From NCBI GenBank assembly GCA_013239625.1, contig MU053493.1:1187793-1251792 (forward strand): DNA of 64,000 nucleotides. The letters are read 5' to 3'. Shown here piece by piece: positions 11,101 to 22,130 of the stretch. Every line of letters starts with the position of its first letter. The first letter of the stretch is position 1. The notes under the pieces were generated by a model that was not told the DNA's origin, did no database searches, and saw nothing but the letters and a program-made list of their open reading frames with translations. The DNA comes from Lama guanicoe (taxonomy: Eukaryota). A program made the position numbers and the translations under genes.

Positions 11101-13802
11101 AGTGCCCCCCATAACACCCTTGTGTTCAGATATTCAACTGCCGCCTTTCTCCTTCTAAATCGAAAAACCAGGAACATCTTATCTTCTCCATACTTCTGTG
11201 TGCTTCTGCCAAGTACTGAAGAACTTGGAGTTTTAGTTCGGAAGCTTATAGACACAGAATTACTGTGCCAAGGCTGATGCTCGCCCACCTGGTGCGTCTC
11301 TGTGTAGGGAATGGATGCAGGCAGGCCAGCTAAGGGTAAACGAGAAGGTAGTACCCTCTGCTGCCCGGGCCAGGGGTGTGGCTTGGCTGGTGGCCGGAGG
11401 CTTGATTTTGGACACCACTTTGCCCCCTTCCCATCAGAGCATAAGGCAGTACACTACCTTCTTAGCTGGGGGAAGGATTTACCAAAAACCCAGCAAGTAC
11501 TGGTTGCCATCCAGAACCAGTTCATGCTTTCAGAAACTGCTAACATGTCCTGACTTGTGAGGCCCCCAGGAGAACCAAAACCCCAAGTTCTTCCATGCTC
11601 AGTCAAAGAAAGGCCCAGAGTAGAGACATTCACGGTGCAGAATTCCTTCTAATCTATACGTGATACTAAGTTTCTGGACAGAGCACGAGCAGCAGGAAAG
11701 CAGGACTGAAATGCAGCAAACCTCCCGGGGTCTGGCGTCTGCTTTGCAAAAGGGAGCTGCCTGCCTTCAAACTCTGTTGTCCAGCAATCCCGACACCGGG
11801 GAACTTCTCCAGACTTGTGGCATGACTTAGGCCTTGGAGGGTAAGGCCCTCAGCAACCTGAGGGACCTCGAAAGAGGTGGGGCTTGGAAACCGCCCCCCT
11901 TAGGCCGGAGTCCCAGGGAGACCCGGGTCACAGACAGAAGCCGCAGTGTGCGCAGCCTCAGCCCGAAACACACCCGAGACCTGCGTCGCTTTGTTACTTA
12001 TTTCTCATTTGGGTTCCCGAGAATGCAGGTCTGCAGTTTTACTGTGAGCTCGACTATAGAAGGCAGTGATGATGATGATTTGTTTATTAAATTGCCTTTT
12101 TAAATGCGTTGTCACATGGCAGGTTCAGGTCCCTCTCTGGCACCCTTTTCAGAGCGGGTGGTGGGCGGGCCCGGCTGGCTGTCACCCACCTGCCTCCATG
12201 CGGGTGGGGCCTCGTCTCGCTGCTGTGCACCCTCCCCCGGGCCTCTCAGCACCTGTCTCAGATCTTATTTGTTGTTTTGAACTTTTACACTTCACTTATA
12301 TGCTGCCTTGTTCTTTTCTAATGCACCTAAGGAAGTTATAAATCTACTATATATAAATTAAATTCTGGCAGGCCTACTGTTTGCCAAAGGGTTGGGATTT
12401 ACTCTAGGATTCTTCCAAGTAACAAGCATCTCCATGTACATGTAATGTGTGGTTCTAATTTTAAAAATAAGTTGTCATAATATAATAGGATCAATTGTAA
12501 AGAGAAAAAAAAAACGGTGTTTCAGGCAGCTTTTTTCCTTCTTCTCTTTTCTGGCCTTATGAGGAAAGAATAAAGTATTTTTGTGCATTCCCGGAAAGGC
12601 CGCTTGGAACTGGGTGTCTGTGCCTGGCCCGTCACCCACCCTGCAATGCTGCCTTAGGTTAGTTTGGCTGCACATTTACACAGCAAGCTGCTTTTGATCT
12701 TCCACTTCTGACCCAAGCTAGGAAGGCAGCTGGCGTGCTCAGAGCAACATCGTTGCCTCAGCCAGGAGCGGCTTCTGTGCTAGAGCCCCGGTGGGGCAGC
12801 TACCCCTGGTCTATCACTATCGCCAGGGGCAGGGGCAGGATTAAGGGCATAAGATACCTGCCCTGCAGTCTGGGGATGTGGGAAGTGTCATTCTCCCTCA
12901 AGGGGCCCTGGTCCGGTGGGCAGAGAGCGAGGCTGCAGCTGGATGTGCACGTGAGAGGGGCTGCCCAGTCCCTGGGGAAGCTTCCTGCCCGTTATCCTCA
13001 CGGGGTGCTGTGAGCACCCGCCCAGGGGAGTGTGCAGAGGGAATGCTGTCAGCCTGTTTGCCTGCCTTTTCACATCCTGGTGCTGTTTCCAGAATGAACC
13101 TCCCAGGTTCCTTCCAAGATTGGCAGATCTAGTCTGAGGCTCTTCTCAAAATGAACTCCCATGGAACAGAAAGTTCCAGTCCCTCACAGGCCTCGGTGGA
13201 GAGTCCGTGGCAGAGGGGCCGGACGCCCCCGGACGCCTGATAAACCAGGATGTCGATTATCCAACTGATCCCGAGCTGGTCCCTTGCTGAGTAGTTGTGT
13301 TCACCTGTAAGAGAAGATGCTGGTACATCACCCCAGCTGCCCTGGGGGGTGGCTGTGCTGACGAGACAGAGGACAGAGGTGAAAGATCACCCACATTTTG
13401 GGCCAAAGCACTAATGGGGGCTCCTGGATGCCCCAGCTGGGTGGTTGCCCTGGGAGCTGTCTGGTTCATAGCTCTTTGCTTTTCCTGTGAAAACTGGGTG
13501 CCTGTAAAGAACTGCTTCCAAAAGTGCTGCCACAGCAGCACAGACGTCCTGGCAGAAGGGTTCGCAGGGACGTTTGGGCAATTGCAAACATAGGTATGGC
13601 TTCCCGAGGCCCTGGGAGGCCACAGAAGGGCTGCTGGGGACTCCAGAGTCGGGGCAAGTGGCTCCAAGGTTACAGGAGTTCGTTCCCGTCTTGGCAACCT
13701 GCGTTGGTCACCCGGAGCGGTTGTGTGACAAATCCTTGGCCAATATGTGCACAATTCCTACCTGTGCAAATATTAACCACGCAGTAAACTTATGCATGAT
13801 TG

Positions 13803-14351
13803 TTTTTAATTGAAGTATAGTCAGTTTACAGTGTGTCAATTTCTGGTGTACAGCATCATGTTTCAGTCACACATGTACATAACATATATTCATTCTCTTT
13901 TGGAGGGGGAGGTAATTAGGCTTATTTATTTTTAGGGGAGGTACTAAGGATTGAACGCAGGACCTTATGCATGCTAAGCACTCGCTCTATGACTTGAGCT
14001 ATACCCTCCCCCCCATATTCTTTTTCATTATAGGTTACTATAAGATATTGAGTAGAGTTCCCTGTGCTGTACAGTAGAAACTTGCTGTTTATCTATTTTA
14101 TATATAGTAGTTAGTATCTGCAAATTTTGAACCTCCAATTTATCCCTTCCCACCCCCATTCCCTCCTGATAACCATATTTGTTTTCTGTGTCTGAGCTTA
14201 CTTCACTTAGTATGACGATCTCTAGGTCCATCCATGTTGCTGCAAATGACATTATTTCATTCTTTTTTATGGCTGAGTAGTATTCCATTGTATAAATATA
14301 CCACATCGTCTTTATCCAGTCATCTGTCAATGGACATTTAGGTTATTTCCA
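13803..14351 (-). mobile_element. Young L1 3' end with a nested SINE
   Basis: ttaattgaagtatagtcagtttaca terminus; minus ORF TDDWIKTMWYIYTMEYYSAIKKNEIMSFAATWMDLEIVILSEVS. Confidence 0.95.
13898..14013 (-). mobile_element. tRNA-Ala-derived SINE inside L1 3'UTR
   Basis: ggaggtaattagg tail, gattgaacgcagg, gcatgctaagca, gagctataccctcccc. Confidence 0.9.
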
Positions 14352-14984
14352 AGCATGATTTTTTAAATTCCATTTTCTTAAGTGTTAGGGGTCCATCTTT
14401 ACATCTTTCTGTCTTCATGGTGCTGAAGTTAGAATGAGCCAGTTGGTTGGGGGTCCCAGGTAAGCTCACCCCCCACATCCAGGGTTGATGGTGTTTCCAG
14501 CTTTCTGTGTCTGGGGCACCTGGCAGGGTGGCCTCTCCAGCATTGGAGGTGGAGCAGGCCCAGGGCCTAGGGGACTGTTCCGTCCCACAGTTTGTGAGCA
14601 GGAGTGATGTGCATCCCTCCCAGGGTGGAGCATTGGAGCAAAGGCGTGTGACCCTCAGAGCTGTGGGAGGTATGAGCTTCCAGGGTATCAGCTGGAATAG
14701 ATGCTCTGGTTGCCTTTTTTTTTTTTTCGTTTTTCCCTACAAGCTGTTATCAGACTGATCCTGTGTCTTAGAACCAAGACCATATGATAATTCCTCTGGT
14801 CGCTTTCCAGATTTCCTGGTTAAGGAAGCTTCGGACATTCTCAGCACAACAGGAATAAATCCGCTTGCCTGCGGGGGTAGGAACTGGGCCCACATGGATT
14901 TTCCAGGAGATCATTACTTACAGAAGCATTTTGAAAACTAGGAAACTCTGCGGAAGGGTGAAATTGGAGATTTCCCCACTTAGG

Positions 14985-15620
14985 GTTCCTGATGCTAAAA
15001 GAGGTTCCCCTAAAATACAAGGTTCTTCATGGATGGACCTAGAGATCATCATTCTATGTGAAGTTAGCCAGAAAGAGGAAGAAGAATACCATACGATATC
15101 ACTCATAAGTGGAACCTAAAAAAAACAAAAACAAAAACAAAAAACACTATGATCTCATCTACAAAACAGAAACAGACTTGCAGACTTAGTAAACAATCTT
15201 ATGATTACCAGGGAAAGGGGTGGGAAGCTTGGGAGCTTGAGATTTACAAATGTTAGCCACTAGTTACAAAAGTAGACTTTAAAAAAATTTCTTCTGTGTA
15301 GCACAGGGAACTATGTTCAATATCTTGTAATACTCTTTAACAAAAAAATATGAAAACAAATATATGTATGTTTATACGTGACTGGGACATTGGTACTATG
15401 CACCAGAAATTGACACATTGCAATTGACTGTACTTCAATTAAAAAAAAATAAGATTCTTTGATTCAGTTTGGGGAATGTTATGTATACTTGCAATTTGTC
15501 CTTGAAAGGGTGCAGCTCCCATTAACATAGCAAACTCTCTGAGAAGGCCCGCCGTAAATAGACTGTTAAGTCAAATGGAATTCAGTGTTTCTCAAACTTG
15601 TTTTACTGAAAAATGTCTTC
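14985..15620. mobile_element. hAT-Charlie MER103-like fossil split by an L1 3' end
   Basis: Flanks gatgctaaaagagg...aaggttc and tttggggaatg...ctctgagaagg...cagtgtttctcaaacttg resemble MER103C as I recall it. Confidence 0.55.
15028..15450 (+). mobile_element. 5'-truncated young L1 3' end with TSD
   Basis: WMDLEIIILCEVSQ coding remnant, 3'UTR, tgactgtacttcaattaaaaaaaaa; TSD aaggttctt (15019-15027) / aagattctt (15451-15459). Confidence 0.93.
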
Positions 15621-15799
15621 CCTTACCCCAGCCCCACACATCTTTCCCTCCCAGTGTGGAATTTGCCGAACCTTGGTGCAGGAGAAGAGTCCTTCCCGTC
15701 TGAAGCTGCACGACGCGTCACACAGGAAGTCATTATGATATACAGCATGTTAATTACAGAGTCGCTTCCTTTTCTGTTCTTTTTTAAGCAGCAATTCTT

Positions 15800-16001
15800 T
15801 CTTGTTTTATTTTGTTTTTAATTTCTGGGGGTTTTTTAATTTCTTTTAAAAAATTTTTTTATCTTTTATTTTGAGGGGAGGTAATTGGGTTTATTTATTT
15901 ATTTATTTACTTACTTACTTACTTAATGGAGGTGCTGGGGATTGAACCCAGGACTTCATGCCTGCTAAGCACGCGCTCTACTGCTGAGCTATACCCTCCC
16001 C
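15800..16001 (-). mobile_element. tRNA-Ala-derived SINE with long tail and TSD
   Basis: Full head and tail; TSD aagcagcaattctt / aagcagcaatttctt on both sides. Confidence 0.93.
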
Positions 16002-16441
16002 TGAAGCAGCAATTTCTTGAGCTCCACTCGTGTAGAAGGCTGGCTGTGCTGGATGGTGTCCAGCCCATGATCCCGTGCATCAGAATGGGGAGGGCACTCA
16101 GAAACCCACACGTCTGCCCGGAGGACTGCCTCCGCACGGGGCCTGGGACTCTGCATTGAGAACACTCTCCATGTGACTCTCATGTTCCCTGACATTTGAA
16201 AGGCCCCGCTGCAGATGCCTTGCTTTTGCCTTCTCTCTGGGGTTGGGTTCTGGAAGTGGCCAGGGAGGTCCTGGCCTCAAAGACCTCGGCTCAGGATCCC
16301 AAGGGAGCCCACGTGATGAGTCAGGACCTCACAGCTGTATGTGCGCCGTTTAGAAGTGACAGCTAGACTTTTACATCTTAGAAGAGGCTGTCACTCATTT
16401 GGGTTAAGGACACTGAGGACCAAGGGGACGGTGTGCCACGG

Positions 16442-16460
16442 TGGCCACCAGGGGGCTAGG
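16442..16460 (+). promoter_or_regulatory. Candidate CTCF binding site
   Basis: TGGCCACCAGGGGGCTAGG: the first 15 nt equal the canonical CTCF core TGGCCACCAGGGGGC. Confidence 0.55.
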
Positions 16461-19071
16461 GGCTGTGCCCCTGGACAGGGCTGTGCTCATCAGCCATGGT
16501 CTGTGTCAGACCTGCGAGGCTCAGCTGAGGCTTCACACTTGTGGCCAGGCACCTGCACCCCAGGTGGGGACACAGTGAAGGGAGGAGACACGTGGGGACA
16601 GCGGGTGTGGGGGCAGGGCGGGGGCTGGGCAGCCTTCTTCCCTGTGGACTGCTTTCCTTTCGACTGTCATGGGAGGGATCCTTGATGAGGCAGTTCTTCT
16701 AGAATCTGTGCAGGCTCAAAAGACAGAAATCCAGCTCTTTAATCGGGGCCTTGACATGGCTTCGGGGCCCACGTTTTACCCATCACGTGAAGTCTCTCCT
16801 AAGGCTGCTGCTTCTCTCCTGCAGCAGGGGCAGCTGGAAATGAGGCAGAACAATTTAAATCCTGTCCCTTTTCCGTGCACATGACCTTGCAATGTGGCTG
16901 GTGTGGCCCTTTGGAAAGTGCTGCCTTCAGCCTGTGTATGCTGTAACTTCCCCATTCTGCAGGTCAATGTCCTAGGCTCTGGGCCCCCAGGGAGAGTGCT
17001 CAGCCGTGGCTGGGCCTCCCTGGGGACAGTGGGAACATTCTGGTTCAATAAGGTGTTGGGTCTGGTAGTTCAGGGATGCTTAAAATAATATGGAAACCAA
17101 GGTCCCACCCCTGGGCATCTTCTTTGCCGCTCCCTGAGTCAGCAGGCCATGCAGCCTGGGTTGTGAGCCACCCCGGCTGATGACTACTGCACAATGTATG
17201 TCATTACAGGTGATACAGACAAGCCTGGTGTCCAGCTCTGTAGAGGAGGCACCTGGGCTCAGGGCAGGGAGGTGGTCTGCCAGGAGACATGGCTAAGGAG
17301 GGAGAAGGAAGCCAGTCACATCTGTAGGCAGCTGGACTCTAGCTCCGTGGACATAACCCTGCCCTCAGGGCTGCAGGAGGAGGGCCCAGGTGAACAGCCT
17401 CCCCATCCATAGACTTGCTGGTGTAAGGGACACACACAGACAGGACCCTAGGAGAGCGTGCTAGGCAGGGACAGAGGCAGGTGTCGGGAAGGACCTCCGG
17501 GGATGTCCGCGATGGCCAAGACCCTACAGACGACTCTGTGCTGCCTGGGAGAGGGGGTCCTGCCCAGGGAGCAGCCCTGTTAATAAGTTGCCCACATGCG
17601 TCATCTGTGTCCTGGTTTTCACCCATCCCTGGGGCCCTCACCCTCCCACAGCACTTGGAGACAGCAGCTGTCACCCACTCTGAGGACGCTGGTCACCCGC
17701 CACGTCTCCCTCTGGCTCGTGGAAAACAGGAACACCCTTCTCCTGTCTTCCCAGTGCCGGGACCCAGTGGGGACAGTCTGCTGTCACTGATCAGAGGAAC
17801 ATAGGATCTGCTCTCTGTTTTTCCAGCATCCAGCCTCCCAGGCAGGACCCGCTCCTGGTTTCTCACCATCCAAGTCTCAGAGGCCTGTGGGACAGCCCTG
17901 GTCTCCTCCCCCCGGGCCTGCCCTGGGTTCCACATGGGACCTACCACAGCCCCTGCTCACCCACTGCCCGCAGTGTGTGCGTTTGCTGCCACTGTGGTCG
18001 GAGTGTCTTCCTTGTTTGTTTTTTGGCCGCCACCCCCCCACTGGAACCCTGGCTCCATGGAGGTGCTGTTGCCCGGCACCTGCTGAGATCTGAGCAGCTG
18101 GTGTGGATAGAATGAGTGAGTGAGTAAGGGAGTAAATGAATGAATGGGAACTCTACAGCCCCAGAAGGAAGGCTGGAGGAAAGACACTCGTGGCCTGAGT
18201 CCAGGGAACATTGTGTTGTGGGTGGAGCAGGCTGCCTGCAGGTGGCACCAGGACAGTGGAGGGAGAGCGGTGAGGCCATTGTGGAGAGGGTAGATGGGCC
18301 ACTGTGTGCAGCCCTGCAGGTCTGCAGTGTGGATGGTGTAGAGATTCTTGCTGTTCGCACTGTCCCCTCCCCGAGATACACACAACCACGTGTGCATGCA
18401 CCACAGACACCCTATGTACCACACATCACACACATACACCCATCTTCCACCACATAACACACGTACAGGTCAGATCAATTAGACAGTCCCCATCATTCAT
18501 TCACTCACTCCTCCTGCCTCTTTCCATTCTTGCTGTCCTGGATGCAGACATCACCGTCTCTCCCTGACCTGAAACACCATTATCTTTTCCACCAAATGTA
18601 ATTTAAATTTCTCTTAATGGCACGGACTGAGACAGGAGGTTAAATCCATGCACGCCACTCTGCAGTGCCTGATCTGTGTTCAGTGTGTTTTCAACTGGCC
18701 CTGGCCCTCCCTCCTCAGCAGGAAACCCTCAGACCCTGCTCCAAAGGCCTGCAGATGCCAGGCACGCTCAATCCACAGGCACCCATTGGGGGCTGGAGCA
18801 GCGTGGTATGAACCTGATTGAACTGGGGGCTTCCTCATATGAAGGAGCCCTGCTTTGCCCTGCCCAGTGTCCTTTAGGGTCCAGAACCTCCTGAGTACGA
18901 ATATCTGAGCTGGCCAACACTGCAGAGCGGACAGGCTGGAGTCCATGAGCAATTCTAGGAGGGACCAAGTTGGTCCTTGGAGCGCCCATCCTCCAGAGGC
19001 TAGTGCAGAACCGTTGGAAATGTGGCTGATTTCAGCAGAACTCAGAGGCTGCTTCCAGTTGAGGCGGTAGT

Positions 19072-19478
19072 TGTGTTAATCAGCTCAGGTTGTCATCACG
19101 GAACTCCACCGATTAGAGAGCTTGAACAACAGACGTTTATTTTCTCACAGTTCTGGAGACTGGAAGTCCGAGATCTAGGTACCGGCACGCTGGTTTGCGG
19201 GGAGGCCTCTCTCCTTGGCTGAAGTTGGCCACCTTCTTGCTGTGTCTGCACACGGCCTCTTCTCTGTTCATGCACAAAGAGAGAGAGAGCTCTGGTGTCT
19301 CTTCCTTTTCTTATAAGTACACTAATTTTATTAGATCAGGGTTCCACCCTTAAGACCTCATTTAAGCCTAATTACCTTCCAAGGTTTCCTGTCTCCAAAT
19401 ACATGCACATGGTGGGGAGGGGCAGAGGTTGGGGCTTCAGTAAATGAATTTTGGGGGCACAGTGTTAAGTCCATAACA
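19072..19478 (-). mobile_element. MaLR solo LTR (MLT1A-like)
   Basis: tg...ccataaca ends, ttctcacagttctggagactggaagtcc core, 5-bp TSD gtagt/gtggt. Confidence 0.9.
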
Positions 19479-19629
19479 GTGGTGGAGTTTTCAGCCAGGC
19501 TCTGCCACCTGCTCCTGCCTACCTCAGTTGCCCTCCGTTGTCTCACGTGTACCCTTCACGTGTAAGAAGCTCCCAGAAGCTCTGTGTGAGCTCATAGCCA
19601 TCCCGGCATGCTCATTTAAACCAGGTATG

Positions 19630-20244
19630 TGTTAGAAATTTTACCAGAGAGCAAGTTCTTGTTTCTTCAAAGAAGGAATTCAGAGATGAGACACCGAGGT
19701 CAAGAAAGTAAAGTGAGGATTTATTAAGGGATAGGATGCTTTCAAAGGGAAAGCGGGCAGACTCAGGTGAGCAGCTGTGCTGAGTTTCTTTGACAAGCTG
19801 GTTACATAGGGTGTAAAAATGAGTAGGTGGAATATTCATTGGGGAAGGAGGTGTTTGGGGTCATATTCCCCGATTTCCATCCCAGCTCCACCTTCCTGAG
19901 GGGAGGAGGGATTTTTGTCCTTATTTAGTCTGGATCGGACGTGTCATGGTGTTGGTGCAGGATGGGTACTTCTAATCTGCAAGGCTAATTGTATTGTAAT
20001 GAGGGCATAATGAGAAGAAGGTTACATTAGGACTCGGCCAGTGATTCCTGCCTTTTCCCACCTCTCTTTGTCGGCCTCCAGGACACTTGTACCCCCAAAA
20101 TGTGTGTGATCTCCTGTCAGTCCCGAGGTTCCTTCTTTTCTCTGTCTGACCAGGGGCCCCTGTTGTTTACATGATGTATGGTTTCCTGCATTTGCCCTGT
20201 GCCTCCCTTCCTCTGCTCATATCCAGCTATCTGCCTGCTCTAAC
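19630..20244 (-). mobile_element. Solo LTR, probably ERV1-like
   Basis: Terminal inverted tgttaga...tctaac, tttatt (minus-strand polyA signal) at ~19720, ggaattcagagatgagacacc U5-like motif; no clear TSD. Confidence 0.7.
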
Positions 20245-20561
20245 GGGGGAAGGTGGCCGGTGTCACTGTGGATGCTTGACTGTGTTTCAAGGAATGTGTG
20301 CTTCACCCTGGGGCTCTGGTAGCCAGCAGGCAGAGATTTGTTCAGTTAGAAGCTTGCTTTGCTTTGGAAGTTTATCTCAGCACCTAGCTGATGGGTTGGC
20401 CGTTGTTGAGTCATGTTCTAATTGAAATGTTGTGAATCTAATTGATATGTGAGGTTTTTTTCCTCTTTTGGTATCAAACTTTTATCTGATCATACAGAGG
20501 CATTTATCAGCTCAGTTGTGGAACAAAACAGTATACATTTGGATTTTCTCTCTTCTGACTC

Positions 20562-20896
20562 TGTCTTAGTCCATTCAGGCTGCTGTAATCAAAAAACCAC
20601 AGACTGGGCAGCTTGTAAATGACAGAAATGTTATTCTCATGGGTCTGGGGGTTGTGAGCCCAAGTACCTGGCATGGCTGTGGTCTGGTGGGGCCTGTCCC
20701 TGGCTGCAGATGGCCTGCTTCTCCGTGTCCTCACCTAATGGGGGGCAAGGGAGCTCTCTGGGGTCCCTTTTATAAGGGTTCCACCCGTGTGACCTAAGTA
20801 CTTCCTAGAGGCCCCGCCTCCTTAATACTATCATTTTGGGGGTTTAGGATTTCAACGTGTGAATTTAGGGGGAGCATAAACATTCAGACCAGAGCA
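20562..20896 (-). mobile_element. MaLR solo LTR (MLT1A0-like)
   Basis: tgtcttagtccattcaggctgct...aacattcagaccagagca; TSD gactc/gaccc. Confidence 0.9.
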
Positions 20897-21035
20897 GACC
20901 CCTTCTCAGCTGCTTGAGTGGACAGATTAAAACGACACCTATTACTAGTTAAAAAAAACAAACTGTGATTCAAAAATTGGCAACTCTAGGCAGGGAAGCT
21001 TCCTCTAGATCATTAAATATAAAAACAACATCATT

Positions 21036-21198
21036 GGGAGAGGGTAGAGCTCAGTGGTAGAGCACGTGCTTAGTATGCACGAGGTCCTGAGTTCAATCCC
21101 CAGTCCCTCCATTAAAACAAATCAGTAAACCTAATTATCCCCCCAATAAATAAATAAAATGAAAATTCATGAAAAAACAAATTTTTAAAAAAGAAAAA
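21036..21198 (+). mobile_element. tRNA-Ala-derived SINE
   Basis: gagctcagtggtagagcacgtgcttagtatgcacgaggtcctgagttcaatcccc, aaacctaattatcccccc, A tail. Confidence 0.92.
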
Positions 21199-21929
21199 CT
21201 ATCTTGGTAGCAGAGCCTCTCGGAGCTGGATGGTTTCGCCTCAGTTCTTGGGAGGGTTCAGAGAACGTGAAGGGGGTGGGATCCCAGGAGGTTCCTGTCA
21301 CTTTCTCTGGGGTGCTGTTTGCTTGTTTGGTTTTTGCTCTGTGACTTCAGATCCACTTCACTTCTGTGAGAGTACAAGAATCTCATCAAATCCGGCACGT
21401 CCATTACTCAGAGGCTGGCTCCAGCGGGCTCTCCTGGCCGGGCCCGCATTACTCAGCCCAGCTGTCCTGCGGGGGGGCCTCCCAGCGTCACCGAGCCACT
21501 GCGGTGTGTCCAGACTCTTCCTCCAGAATCTGTCAAAACTCGAGCTGTTGCTCATCCTGGTCCACCCTCCAGTCATTTTAAGCCCAGATTAAGAGATTGG
21601 ATATATGTCTGCTTTTTTTTTTTTTTTTGCTGCATCTCTGGGGCCTAATTCCAGTGCAGTTTGGAGACAGCCAGCAGAAGTAATATATAAGAGCTTAGAA
21701 CAGGAACACAGAATTCAAAACAGAAATGAAGCACGTTCATAAACCACACGTACTTGTCGTAAGTCATAGTAACTCACACAGACTGAGTCACACACCTTTC
21801 TGGGGACTTGTGTGTGTGCGTGTGTGCGTGTGTGAGTGAGTGCATGTTGTTTGTGTATGTATGATAGTGTGCAGACTCTCATTTCCCTGCTGGACCATGT
21901 GTCTGGGATGACAGCCGTGAAGAGCCCAG

Positions 21930-22130
21930 GATTCAGCTGTGGGGAGGCCCTGTCTGGACCGTAGCTACTGTGGGCAAGTTACTTGGTCTCTCTGGGACCC
22001 CCCTGCACCTGTGGTGTGGGGCGATGTCACTGACCCTCCCCTCCGCCAAACCTGTGTGGGGATCAAATGAGGCAGTGCTATTAAAAGACTAGCACACTGC
22101 CTGGCACACGGAAACTGGCCAGTAAAGATC
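21930..22130 (+). mobile_element. MIR fragment
   Basis: tgggcaagttactt...ctctctggg...ggggatcaaatgagg...agcacactgcctggcacacgg. Confidence 0.7.

Noticed and set aside
10609..11277. 222-aa ORF
   Set aside because: Non-ATG start and spans an old MaLR LTR; no protein resemblance.
13257..13325. Minus-strand acceptor catcttctcttacag with an EHNY-containing frame
   Set aside because: No convincing donor or homology, and the strand conflicts with the repeat orientation bias.
21358..21576. Minus ORF containing MSNSSSFDRFWRK, loosely like a known phosphatase isoform N-terminus
   Set aside because: Short, low-information resemblance with no donor site or further exons; treated as coincidence.
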